Positions 1-7,102 of a DNA stretch of 64,000 nucleotides are shown piece after piece. Both the position numbers and the translations under genes were made by a program. Position 1 is the stretch's first letter; every line of letters starts with the position of its first letter. The notes below the pieces were generated by a model. The model was given only the letters and a program-made list of their open reading frames with translations, had not been told where the DNA came from and did not search any database. The stretch lies in IMG/VR virus record IMGVR_UViG_3300033121_001334, positions 10,564-74,563 of that record, one strand, 5' to 3'. The stretch comes from a virus (lineage: Duplodnaviria; Caudoviricetes).

Positions 1-362
1 GACTTGCCAACAATTGATGGGTCAACACTTCCAAACACATGCAAAAGATGAAATCGCTTTCCTGAACGAGTCTTCCGCTTCGCTTTTTCAAGCTTGCGTC
101 CAGCTTCAAAGGCCATATCAATAGCCTTCTTAATGTTCCAGACGGCAATATCATGGAAGTCGAGTCTATCCATGTTGCGAGTCTCAAGCGTCTCAAGATT
201 AAGAAGCTTGCGAATCTCTTCGGAAACGTTGTTCTTCGCAATCAATTCGGGCAGTTCCTTCTTGCCCTGCTCTCGAACCTTGTTGCACTTCACAGCTTCT
301 TCGTCAGAGAGAGGGTGCTGTCGCACAATCCGCTCAAGGCGAGTTGTCTGAAAGTTGGTCAT
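1..362 (-). CDS. Hypothetical protein, DUF6900-like; runs off the left edge; absent from the ORF track
   Basis: ATG at 362 opens MTNFQTTRLE...LETLETRNMDRLDFHDIAVWNIKKAIDMAFEAG with no stop before position 1; preceded by the ACTAAACTT motif at 382-393. Confidence 0.6.
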   Translation of the reverse strand, partial: MTNFQTTRLERIVRQHPLSDEEAVKCNKVREQGKKELPELIAKNNVSEEIRKLLNLETLETRNMDRLDFHDIAVWNIKKAIDMAFEAGRKLEKAKRKTRSGKRFHLLHVFGSVDPSIVGK

Positions 363-427
363 AGCTTTTCGATTTGCGCGAAAAGTTTAGTTCAGAAATC
401 AAAAGAAGGAGTTTTGAAGGGCTTTTT

Positions 428-471
428 GTATTCCTGAAATAGCGGACTAACCGCTTAGATAACAGGAGTAC
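428..471 (+). promoter_or_regulatory. RBS-sequestering hairpin upstream of the HNH gene
   Basis: GTATTCCTG (428-436) pairs with CAGGAGTAC (463-471), which contains the AGGAG RBS; inner hairpin AGCGG/CCGCT. Confidence 0.6.
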
Positions 472-476
472 AGGTA

Positions 477-1235
477 ATGAATCAGTGTAGAAAATGCAAC
501 AATCAAATACCAGCAACCGTTAGAATAAACAATAAGAGACGAAATCTTTGCGGAAGAAAGTTTTGCCTTGAATGCAGTCCTTTTGGTTCTCACAATACAA
601 AACCAGATGATCCTGCAAGAAAATCTGTTTATGGACAGGAAAGATACAAGAAAAATCCTTATTCAAACTGGGCTGAGCATGCAAAAGAGTCTCATAGAAA
701 AAGTACCGTAAACCGAGCAGCAAAACTAAAGCAGAAAATTGTGAATCTGAAAGGCGGTAAATGCTCTTTATGCCAGAACTCAAGCATAGACGTTTTGACT
801 TTTCATCACAGAAATAGAGAAGACAAGTTATTCAATCTTGACAAAAGTTCATTGAGGTCTTACTCGTTAGAAGAAATAGCAAAAGAAATAGAAAAATGCG
901 ATCTTCTGTGTTTTAATTGCCACATGGAAACTGAAGCCAAACACGAAGCAGTAAAAGGCTCAGGAAAGCAGAATGTTAGAGGATGGGAAAGAAAGCAAAA
1001 AGCAATTGAAGAATTGGGAGGCAATTGTTCACAATGTAAATATGACAAATGCATAAGATCTCTGTCTTTCCATCACAGAGATCCATCTACAAAATCTTTC
1101 CCTTTAGATATTAGAGCCTTCAATGGTTATTCTTGGGAAAAACTACAAAACGAAATCAACAAGTGCGATCTGCTTTGTTTGAACTGTCATCGAAGCCTAG
1201 AGAACTCTCTAAGAAAAAGCAGGTATCTGCAATAA
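477..1235 (+). CDS. Free-standing HNH endonuclease with two tandem HNH/Zn modules
   Basis: Two copies of CxxC...FHH...C..LCxNCH; the stop abuts the 3' end of tRNA-Ile2. Confidence 0.85.
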   Translation: MNQCRKCNNQIPATVRINNKRRNLCGRKFCLECSPFGSHNTKPDDPARKSVYGQERYKKNPYSNWAEHAKESHRKSTVNRAAKLKQKIVNLKGGKCSLCQNSSIDVLTFHHRNREDKLFNLDKSSLRSYSLEEIAKEIEKCDLLCFNCHMETEAKHEAVKGSGKQNVRGWERKQKAIEELGGNCSQCKYDKCIRSLSFHHRDPSTKSFPLDIRAFNGYSWEKLQNEINKCDLLCLNCHRSLENSLRKSRYLQ

Positions 1236-1522
1236 TGGGCAAACCGGGATTCGAACCCAGAACCTAGCGATTATGCCTACTGACTTGAGTTTCCCCAAGA
1301 GTCGGACTGTACCTTCACCCGTTTCACTTCCTTACGGAAGAAAAGTTAGGGTGGCTGCCGTCCAGTCTCTACACCTTCGCTTTTCAGCGCTTGGCTCGGG
1401 ATTGGCGTGAGTCTTTCGACCTTTAGCTTTCCCCGACTTTGACAGCTTACTCATACAACATTCCTATTGTATGGACCCAAGTTTTCTTAAGTCGCTTGCT
1501 CTAACCGTTGAGCTATTTGCCC
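1236..1522 (-). tRNA. trnI: tRNA-Ile2 (CAU) interrupted by a group I intron after U33
   Basis: Exon 1 (1490-1522) GGGCAAATAGCTCAACGGTTAGAGCAAGCGACT joined to exon 2 (1236-1275) CATAATCGCTAGGTTCTGGGTTCGAATCCCGGTTTGCCCA gives a full cloverleaf; D and anticodon arms are Ile2-like rather than Met-like. Confidence 0.85.
1276..1489 (-). ncRNA. Group I intron (IC3-like), 214 nt, no ORF
   Basis: P1 GACU|UAAG-AAAA-CUUGGGUC with U.G at the splice site; AAAGUCGGGGAAAGC...GCCAAUCCCGAGCCAAG core; P7 GAGACUG/CAGUC; terminal G. Confidence 0.9.
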
Positions 1523-1554
1523 TATCTTCAATCGTCTACTATCAGTATATCCCC

Positions 1555-1620
1555 TGTTTTTGAACCTGGTATTGACCGCTAACCGACTCACCCAGTCTCT
1601 AACCGCTGAGCTAATCGCCC
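1555..1620 (-). pseudogene. Degenerate tRNA relic (Val-like 5' end)
   Basis: GGGCGATTAGCTCAGCGGTTAGAG is an intact acceptor and D-arm start; the anticodon and T arms do not fold. Confidence 0.5.
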
Positions 1621-1668
1621 GCCAACTCTTTCTCGACTAACGGAAGTTTAGTTCCGCCACATTCCACA

Positions 1669-2595
1669 TTACGCAGCCTTGCAAGAAAGCTTGCGATTTC
1701 GCTCCTTCATCAGTTCCTCAACCTTGCGAACCTCCTTCGAGGAGATTTGCCGCTTCTCAGCGGGCAAGTAAGCGCCGCCGAAGAGCGACTCGCAAACCGA
1801 CCAAAGACGCTCATAGTGGTAGTCGTGACGGTAGTAACGGTAAAGATCGTCCTTCTTGCCGTCAACGATTTGGCCGACGAACTTGTTGCTGCTCAGCGGA
1901 CGCCACTTCCACTCCCACTTCATGGTCTTGTCGTTGAAATCACGAACAGTCTCGCCGAACGACTTCTTCTTCTTCTCTTCAGCCGTCGCCTCGCGGAACT
2001 TGAACTCGTACCAAACCTCGCCGATCTTGTGGTACTGCGTCAGCGGCTTCTTCGGGTCGAAGTAGCTGTCGTTGCTCACGACCGTCTCTCGCCGATAGCG
2101 AGGATTCTTCTTGGTCTTGCGCAGTGTCCCGTCTCGGGGATCGACGTAAAACTCTTCGCGACCATAAGAAGTCGTCATGCTCTCGGGGCCAATGACCCCA
2201 GAAGCCATGACAGTGTTACCTTCCATGTAAGTCTTGGTCTGGACTTCGCCGAACTTAATCAAGTGCTGCCAAACATGAAACTGAATAGCGTTATTCAGGT
2301 TGAGGCCGCTCATGATCTCGCTGTACACCTTGTCCCAAGGCTGACCAATGCGAGAATTCAAGAAACGACGAAGAGGATTGAGGTTCTCGTTCAACCGCTT
2401 CTTGTCGTCGAAGGAGTTGGGCTTCGAGGTGTGAACCCTTTTCATTCCGCGAAAATCAGGAGTGTCCCAATCTTCTTCGAACGGAATGTCTTTGCAAGCC
2501 TGGCGAGTCAAATGACGGTTCTGGCGAATCCGCTCCTTACCGCAGCCGCCAGTTCGGGGGCGCTCAACCAAAACTTTTGCCATGTCTTTACGCAT
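1669..2595 (-). CDS. Hypothetical protein
   Basis: Long ORF with phage-like codon use; start likely at 2595 or 2583. Confidence 0.75.
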   Translation of the reverse strand: MRKDMAKVLVERPRTGGCGKERIRQNRHLTRQACKDIPFEEDWDTPDFRGMKRVHTSKPNSFDDKKRLNENLNPLRRFLNSRIGQPWDKVYSEIMSGLNLNNAIQFHVWQHLIKFGEVQTKTYMEGNTVMASGVIGPESMTTSYGREEFYVDPRDGTLRKTKKNPRYRRETVVSNDSYFDPKKPLTQYHKIGEVWYEFKFREATAEEKKKKSFGETVRDFNDKTMKWEWKWRPLSSNKFVGQIVDGKKDDLYRYYRHDYHYERLWSVCESLFGGAYLPAEKRQISSKEVRKVEELMKERNRKLSCKAA

Positions 2596-2788
2596 TGGTC
2601 CTCTTATTAGAAAATTGAGGCTGTTTGGAAAAGAAACCAAAACTTTTCTTGGTTTTGAATGTTAGATCAACAGAGCAATCGGGCTCGTTAAGATCATTAA
2701 TTACAAAACGCTTGACCTTGCTAACCATCTCCTCGGTTCCAGAGATTTTGATTCTCAAGGTTTTTTGTTTCTTAGTCGCTTCCAACAT
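2588..2788 (-). CDS. Small hypothetical protein
   Basis: ATG about 18 nt downstream of the ACTAAACTT motif at 2806. Confidence 0.55.
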   Translation of the reverse strand: MLEATKKQKTLRIKISGTEEMVSKVKRFVINDLNEPDCSVDLTFKTKKSFGFFSKQPQFSNKRTNA

Positions 2789-2821
2789 GCTTTTCTTTTT
2801 CCGCGAAAGTTTAGTTCCGAA

Positions 2822-2895
2822 TGGGCGACCTGGGACTCGAACCCAGAACCTCTTCTACGTCAAAGAAGCGCGCTGGCCAATTGCGCCAGTCGCCC
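2822..2895 (-). tRNA. trnV: tRNA-Val (GAC)
   Basis: GGGCGAC/GTCGCCC acceptor, CTTCT-TTGACGT-AGAAG anticodon arm, TTCGAGT T-loop; CCA not encoded. Confidence 0.92.
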
Positions 2896-3145
2896 GTTTT
2901 GTATTGTCCCAAGCCTTTCTACTATAAACAACGTTTGTCATGCTTGAAATATCTTCAACAAGAATGGCATGGTCCGTTCTGTCTTTGAATCTATTGCAAA
3001 TCACTTCAGTTATATCATTAACTGCCTTTACTGCCGCAGCATTAGTAAGGCTCAACCCTTTTATTTGTATCTCCAAAACTGGTTCTGGTCTCAATTCTCC
3101 TTGTTCAGGAGAATGATCCGTAATGGTTATTTTGCGGATAGTCAT
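2855..3145 (-). CDS. Hypothetical protein
   Basis: Start MTIRKIT at 3145 follows the motif at 3164; the 3' end overlaps tRNA-Val. Confidence 0.5.
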   Translation of the reverse strand: MTIRKITITDHSPEQGELRPEPVLEIQIKGLSLTNAAAVKAVNDITEVICNRFKDRTDHAILVEDISSMTNVVYSRKAWDNTKRATGAIGQRASLT

Positions 3146-3179
3146 GCTTTTCTTTTTCCGCGAAAAGTTTAGTTCTAAA

Positions 3180-3205
3180 TTGGAGCGACAGGAATCGAAC
3201 CTGTC
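3180..3205 (-). pseudogene. Orphan tRNA 3' fragment (T-arm plus acceptor 3' strand)
   Basis: ACAGG-TTCGATT-CCTGT-CGCTCCA-A directly after the stop of the upstream endonuclease gene; no matching 5' half found. Confidence 0.65.
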
Positions 3206-3755
3206 ATCCTCTGTTTTCTGAAACTGCTTTACAAAAAACAATCAATTCATCATCAGAGTATCTGTTTTTGGCAAGGTTAGCCATAACTGATACAAACTGA
3301 ACATTTCCTTTAACATATCCTAAAGAATTGTCTATTCTATCTAAACTTGCACCATTTATAGGTTGTTTACCAATCCAGCCGTTAGTGTTTTGAGGAAGAA
3401 CAAGATCCCAACCTGTATAAGGACATTTGCCTTTTTGCTTTTCCCATAAAAAACGAATATATTCTAGGTCTATATCAACTTCTTTATTTGTTCTGGTTTT
3501 AGATACACTTCTTGTTTTTAGGACTGTTGAAAACCATCGAAAAGGAGTTAATTCATCTCTTTGATTTCCAGATTCTTTTTTTATGTTTGGATTGCCCTTT
3601 CTTGGATTAGCCTTATTACCAATAAGGCAAGCACAAGATCTAGAGCAACAATGTTTATATCCTCTTTTTTGCGCAAGGTTGTATTGAGAAATTGTTTTAT
3701 GAAACCTTTTTCTACATTCTTGGTTTTCACATTCAACTTCAATCAAGGTCTTCAT
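3204..3755 (-). CDS. Free-standing HNH-type (His-Me finger) endonuclease
   Basis: N-terminal Cys motifs; CPYTG...SLDRIDNSLGYVKGNVQFVSVMANLAKN. Confidence 0.75.
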   Translation of the reverse strand: MKTLIEVECENQECRKRFHKTISQYNLAQKRGYKHCCSRSCACLIGNKANPRKGNPNIKKESGNQRDELTPFRWFSTVLKTRSVSKTRTNKEVDIDLEYIRFLWEKQKGKCPYTGWDLVLPQNTNGWIGKQPINGASLDRIDNSLGYVKGNVQFVSVMANLAKNRYSDDELIVFCKAVSENRG

Positions 3756-3830
3756 GTTTATTCCGGGTTTTTGTGATAAGAGTTTACTAAATAAATAGTC
3801 TTATCGGCTAAACCCGAAAAATTATTCAAT

Positions 3831-3900
3831 CGGCCCTCCCGCGCTTGAATCGGGTTCTAACGATTATCAGTCGTTTGCTCTACCACATGAGCTAAGAGCC
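3831..3900 (-). tRNA. trnI: tRNA-Ile (GAU) with a degenerate T-arm, possibly a pseudogene
   Basis: Good acceptor, D and AACGA-CTGATAA-TCGTT arms; the T-arm CCCGATTCAAGCGCGG is short and mispaired. Confidence 0.65.
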
Positions 3901-3915
3901 GCTTTCTAACAAAAG

Positions 3916-3990
3916 GGTGATCGACGGGACTCGAACCCGCAATCCTCTGGATCACAACCAGATGCTTAAACCAATTAAGCTACGACCACC
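3916..3990 (-). tRNA. trnH: tRNA-His (GUG) with encoded G-1
   Basis: GGTGGTCG...TCTGG-TTGTGAT-CCAGA...CGATCAC-C; C73 and G-1 identity elements present. Confidence 0.93.
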
Positions 3991-4112
3991 ATCAAGCTGC
4001 TAGAACTCCTTGATTTTACAAGTCAAAACTAGCGGGTACTCATTTTTGAGCAGGTTTAGTCGCTACGCTTCTAAACATGCCTTGCAGGTTTAGCTAACCT
4101 GAGTTTTCCAAA

Positions 4113-4141
4113 TAGGCACAGCCGGACTCGAACCGACAAGC
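4113..4141 (-). pseudogene. 3' half of a split tRNA-Val (UAC)
   Basis: GTCGG-TTCGAGT-CCGGC-TGTGCCT-A; TGTGCCT pairs with GGGCGCA of the 5' half at 4848-4854. Confidence 0.7.
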
Positions 4142-4312
4142 TTACTTCTTTTCAAGTTCCTCAATACGTTTTTCAAGAGATTCAACATACTTCATAAGAG
4201 GTTCAAATGCTCTTGAAAGTCGGTTTAATCTGTCTCTTAGATTGCCACCAGAAGGAATCGCATTATCTGTTCTGGTTAGACTATCAATTTCTTTTTTAAT
4301 ATCAGAATTCAT
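4142..4312 (-). CDS. Small coiled-coil hypothetical protein
   Basis: Start MNSDIKK at 4312 with upstream GGAGG; the longer track call overlaps a tRNA. Confidence 0.55.
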   Translation of the reverse strand: MNSDIKKEIDSLTRTDNAIPSGGNLRDRLNRLSRAFEPLMKYVESLEKRIEELEKK

Positions 4313-4323
4313 TTTTCCTCCAA

Positions 4324-4398
4324 TAGGCCCTCGGGGTGACGATCCCCGTACCTCTTCGGTGTAAACGAAGCGCTCTAGCCAGCGTGAGCTAAGGGCCT
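4324..4398 (-). tRNA. trnV: tRNA-Val (UAC) with non-canonical T-loop AUCGUCA
   Basis: AGGCCCT/AGGGCCT acceptor, CTTCG-TTTACAC-CGAAG, CGGGG-ATCGTCA-CCCCG. Confidence 0.85.
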
Positions 4399-4760
4399 GT
4401 ATGTCGCTCCTGGTAGTGGAGCTTAGCATGGCAATTCCTGCAAAGAACCATGCATTTTTCTATCTCTTTCATAATGCGTTCTAGGCTCATGCCTTTACGA
4501 ACCATTATGCTAACTTCAATTTCTTTTTCCTGCGGATCTCTGTGATGAAAGTCAAGACAAGCAATATGTGATTCTCGACAAACTTCACAAGGATGATTTT
4601 TCCTGTAATCGTTTAGAAACTCCCTGTTTCTTTCAATAATCTTTTTGCGCCAGATTTTTGCATCTTTTTTCTTTTGGGCTGCATTTTCTGGATTTTGATA
4701 CCACTTCTTATTGTATTCGCTATGGTAAGCGAGTTTCTTTTCTCTTTCTTTTTGAGGCAT
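4389..4760 (-). CDS. Free-standing HNH endonuclease
   Basis: CEVC...LDFHHRDP...CMVLCRNCHAKLH; start MPQKERE at 4760 behind an AGGAG RBS in the hairpin ATAACAGG/CCTGTTAT. Confidence 0.85.
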   Translation of the reverse strand: MPQKEREKKLAYHSEYNKKWYQNPENAAQKKKDAKIWRKKIIERNREFLNDYRKNHPCEVCRESHIACLDFHHRDPQEKEIEVSIMVRKGMSLERIMKEIEKCMVLCRNCHAKLHYQERHTGP

Positions 4761-4814
4761 AACAGGTTCTCCTGTTATACCTATTCGACTACTTCTTTTA
4801 CACTCCTTCAATTT

Positions 4815-4854
4815 CCGTGTAAAGGTGGCACTCTAGCCATTGAGTTATGCGCCC
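4815..4854 (-). pseudogene. 5' half of a split tRNA-Val (UAC)
   Basis: GGGCGCA-TA-ACTC-AATGGCTA-GAGT-G-CCACC-TTTACAC-GG, then breaks into the HNH upstream region. Confidence 0.75.
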
Positions 4855-4866
4855 AAACCCTGAAGT

Positions 4867-5196
4867 TTAGTTCTGACCTTCCGGCTGAACTTCTTCAGTT
4901 TTCATTTCTTTCTGCTTCTTGATCTCTTCAGATCTTTCCTTGAACCATCGGCCAATATGGCCCTGCATTGCGTAAATGTGACCCTCGTTCTCGCTAAGTT
5001 CGCTTTCCTTGATGAACCTGGTAAGCTCAAGAGCAAGAGCCTTATTCAGGGTAATAGTGATGTTACCCTTCATATGCTCAGGGTTTGCTGCGTCAAAAGG
5101 CTGAAGAATGAACACAGGCTTCTGAAGCGGACGACGATTTCTGACAGTTTTGGGGGAGTCGGACATGGATTTGCTCCAAGTGGTAAAAGTAAACAC
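4867..5196 (-). CDS. Hypothetical protein
   Basis: ORF between tRNA-Trp and the split tRNA-Val. Confidence 0.6.
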   Translation of the reverse strand: MFTFTTWSKSMSDSPKTVRNRRPLQKPVFILQPFDAANPEHMKGNITITLNKALALELTRFIKESELSENEGHIYAMQGHIGRWFKERSEEIKKQKEMKTEEVQPEGQN

Positions 5197-5240
5197 TCAA
5201 AAGATACATCGTACCTTTCTGCTTTCCACAATCAAGTCAA

Positions 5241-5312
5241 CGCGCCGTGGGAGGTTCGAACTCGCTTTTCCCGATTTGGAGGCGGGCGTCTTACCAATAG
5301 ACGAATCGGCGC
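5241..5312 (-). tRNA. trnW: tRNA-Trp (CCA) with several stem mismatches
   Basis: GCGCCGA...CCCGC-CTCCAAA-TCGGG...GCGAG-TTCGAAC-CTCCC-ACGGCGC; one mismatch each in the acceptor, anticodon and T stems. Confidence 0.7.
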
Positions 5313-5334
5313 AGTGTTACAAGCTATTCTGTTG

Positions 5335-5372
5335 TCAAAGAAAAAACCCCTCAAGTTTTTAGAAGGGATTTT
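5335..5372 (-). terminator. Weak intrinsic terminator-like hairpin; likely the distal half of the original attenuator terminator
   Basis: AATCCCTT-CTAAAAACTT-GAGGGGTT followed by TTTTCTTT. Confidence 0.5.
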
Positions 5373-5410
5373 TCCAAAAGCTTTGAAATAACTGATAAAG
5401 GAGTTCAGTT

Positions 5411-5869
5411 ATGTCAAAGTATCAGGAAATGACCCCAGAAGAAATCGAAGAATACAGAAGAAAACGTAGAGAATATTACCAGAATCTAACAAAAGAAGAA
5501 AAAGAAAGAAGAAGAATACAAAGAAGAGAAAGACGTAGAAAAAATGGAAAACCAGAAAAAGAATTAGAAGCTAATAGAAAATGGGCTGCCAAAAACAATA
5601 TCAAGATTCAAAAGCAAGCTCAAGATTTGAAACAAAAATGTGTAGAACTAAAAGGTGGAAAGTGTTTTGCTTGCAATAATTCTTTCCCGTCTTGTGTTTT
5701 TGATTTTCACCATAGAGATGTTAATCAAAAAGAAGAACAATTATCGGTTTTGATCTACAAAGCTCACGGAGAAATGACTCAAGAACTATTATCTGAACTT
5801 CATAAATGTGATCTCCTTTGCTCAAACTGTCATAGAATACATCACCATGTGAAACAAAAAACCCCTTGA
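5411..5869 (+). CDS. Free-standing HNH endonuclease, antisense to the tRNA cluster
   Basis: CFAC...FDFHHRD...CDLLCSNCHRIHH; RBS in the loop of the hairpin ATAACTGA/TCAGTTAT. Confidence 0.85.
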   Translation: MSKYQEMTPEEIEEYRRKRREYYQNLTKEEKERRRIQRRERRRKNGKPEKELEANRKWAAKNNIKIQKQAQDLKQKCVELKGGKCFACNNSFPSCVFDFHHRDVNQKEEQLSVLIYKAHGEMTQELLSELHKCDLLCSNCHRIHHHVKQKTP

Positions 5870-5884
5870 ATAAACTCAAGGGGT
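5852..5884 (-). terminator. Intrinsic terminator of the Ile/Val/His/Trp attenuator
   Basis: ACCCCTTGA-GTTTAT-TCAAGGGGT followed by TTTTGTTT. Confidence 0.8.
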
Positions 5885-5914
5885 TCCGCAGACCTGTGGA
5901 CATACAGCAAGTAG

Positions 5915-5980
5915 TCAACAGTCGCTACCCCTTGAGGTAATGACATGCCAAATCACCTGATGTACAACTATGCTGTTCAT
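5915..5980 (-). CDS. Attenuator leader peptide MNSIVVHQVIWHVITSRGSDC (21 aa); absent from the ORF track
   Basis: GGAG RBS 9 nt before ATG; codons 4-14 are ATA GTT GTA CAT CAG GTG ATT TGG CAT GTC ATT; codons 15-18 contain CTCAAGGGGT, complementary to the terminator 5' strand. Confidence 0.8.
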   Translation of the reverse strand: MNSIVVHQVIWHVITSRGSDC

Positions 5981-6013
5981 TTCAAAAATCTCCGCCCAAC
6001 ATTGGGCTACCCA

Positions 6014-6042
6014 ACTGTATCGGCTTTTTCCGCAAAAGTCAA
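6014..6042 (-). promoter_or_regulatory. Sigma70-like promoter for the Ile/Val/His/Trp leader
   Basis: TTGACT-N17-TACAGT. Confidence 0.7.
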
Positions 6043-6180
6043 CAATCTTTTCACGCTTTCTCTAGTTTCCTAAAATCCTTCATTTTCCGCTTACGGAAAC
6101 TAGGCCATTTTGGGAAACTGCTAAATGCGATTAAGACCCCGATTCTCACCCATAACGATTATGCTTCACAAATTCCTTCT

Positions 6181-6579
6181 TTATTGCGAAACTTTTCCGT
6201 AAATTTCTGCGCTTTCAATCGTGCCTGTTGGAATAGTAATCAAAGATCTAAAACTGGGCTCTTTGTTTCCAGCTTCAAACATTGAGTCAACTCCAATAGT
6301 AACAAATTCTTTTTTTTCGCCTATAAAAGCAACAAAACCGGAAGTGCAAACCTTGCTTGGCCCGTCAGGAACTTCGCCAGGCTTGAGTACAGAATCCGGA
6401 TCGAATACTGCGCCCTTCCAAATAACCTGAACTATATTCCCAATTTCAGCCTTGGCAAAAAACTCTTCAGAGTTCATAAACTTCTCCTTTACTATCATGT
6501 CTATCGACAAGAGAGTATTACAAGGAGAAAATCCAGAATCCTCTTCAGTTCTGACTATTGAATTTACGAATCGCGCCAA
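6181..6579 (-). CDS. Hypothetical protein
   Basis: ORF in tandem with its neighbours. Confidence 0.6.
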   Translation of the reverse strand: MARFVNSIVRTEEDSGFSPCNTLLSIDMIVKEKFMNSEEFFAKAEIGNIVQVIWKGAVFDPDSVLKPGEVPDGPSKVCTSGFVAFIGEKKEFVTIGVDSMFEAGNKEPSFRSLITIPTGTIESAEIYGKVSQ

Positions 6580-6961
6580 TCAGTGTAGCGACTTCGATTT
6601 TCCAAAGCTCAGGAAACCTGACATTCTCTGGCATCCAAACATCAAAATGAACGTCCAGAATAGACTTGATATTTGCTCTACCAGCAGGATTCAAGCTATG
6701 AACAACAACAATCTTACCATGATGCTGCGTCATGTCTTTCAAGTGACGAGCAACAAAACGACCGTCCTCATGATCGTCTTTGGTAACATGATAATGCTCT
6801 TCTTCGAGATCGTGATCCAAATAGATCACATCATACTCGTTCTTTTTCAACAAGTCGATTGCTTCTTGCGCAGTGATAGCAAAGTCAACAACGCAGCCAA
6901 TAGCTTTCTGTTGAAAGACATCTCGCCTGCTCTTCATGTCGTCAAGGAACAAGATCCTCAT
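6545..6961 (-). CDS. Receiver-fold protein resembling the cyclic-phosphate-processing REC family
   Basis: MRILFLDD...AQEAIDLL...YDVIYLDHDL...VVHSLNPAG pattern. Confidence 0.6.
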   Translation of the reverse strand: MRILFLDDMKSRRDVFQQKAIGCVVDFAITAQEAIDLLKKNEYDVIYLDHDLEEEHYHVTKDDHEDGRFVARHLKDMTQHHGKIVVVHSLNPAGRANIKSILDVHFDVWMPENVRFPELWKIEVATLIGAIRKFNSQN

Positions 6962-7102
6962 TGAATGCGGCAGGCGGGCGATAAACCCGCTTGCCCCTTT
7001 AGATTGCGTTTTCAAAATGCAACCAGCGCCTACCAAACGTACAGGGCCTGCCGCACTTCATTATCGACCAACGCCGCCCTGCCTCTCTGCTGTTCAGAAA
7101 GT

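Noticed and set aside
1236-1522. Calling the CAU tRNA Met or fMet
   Set aside because: It has a G1-C72 pair and no GGG/CCC anticodon stem, its arms resemble tRNA-Ile2, and tilS is present. Elongator Met cannot be fully excluded.
3180-3205. Assigning the orphan 3' fragment to tRNA-Gln, to match the single CAG codon in the leader
   Set aside because: A72/C71/C70 fits Gln, but the discriminator is A and no 5' half exists; an eroded Ala-type end fits equally well.
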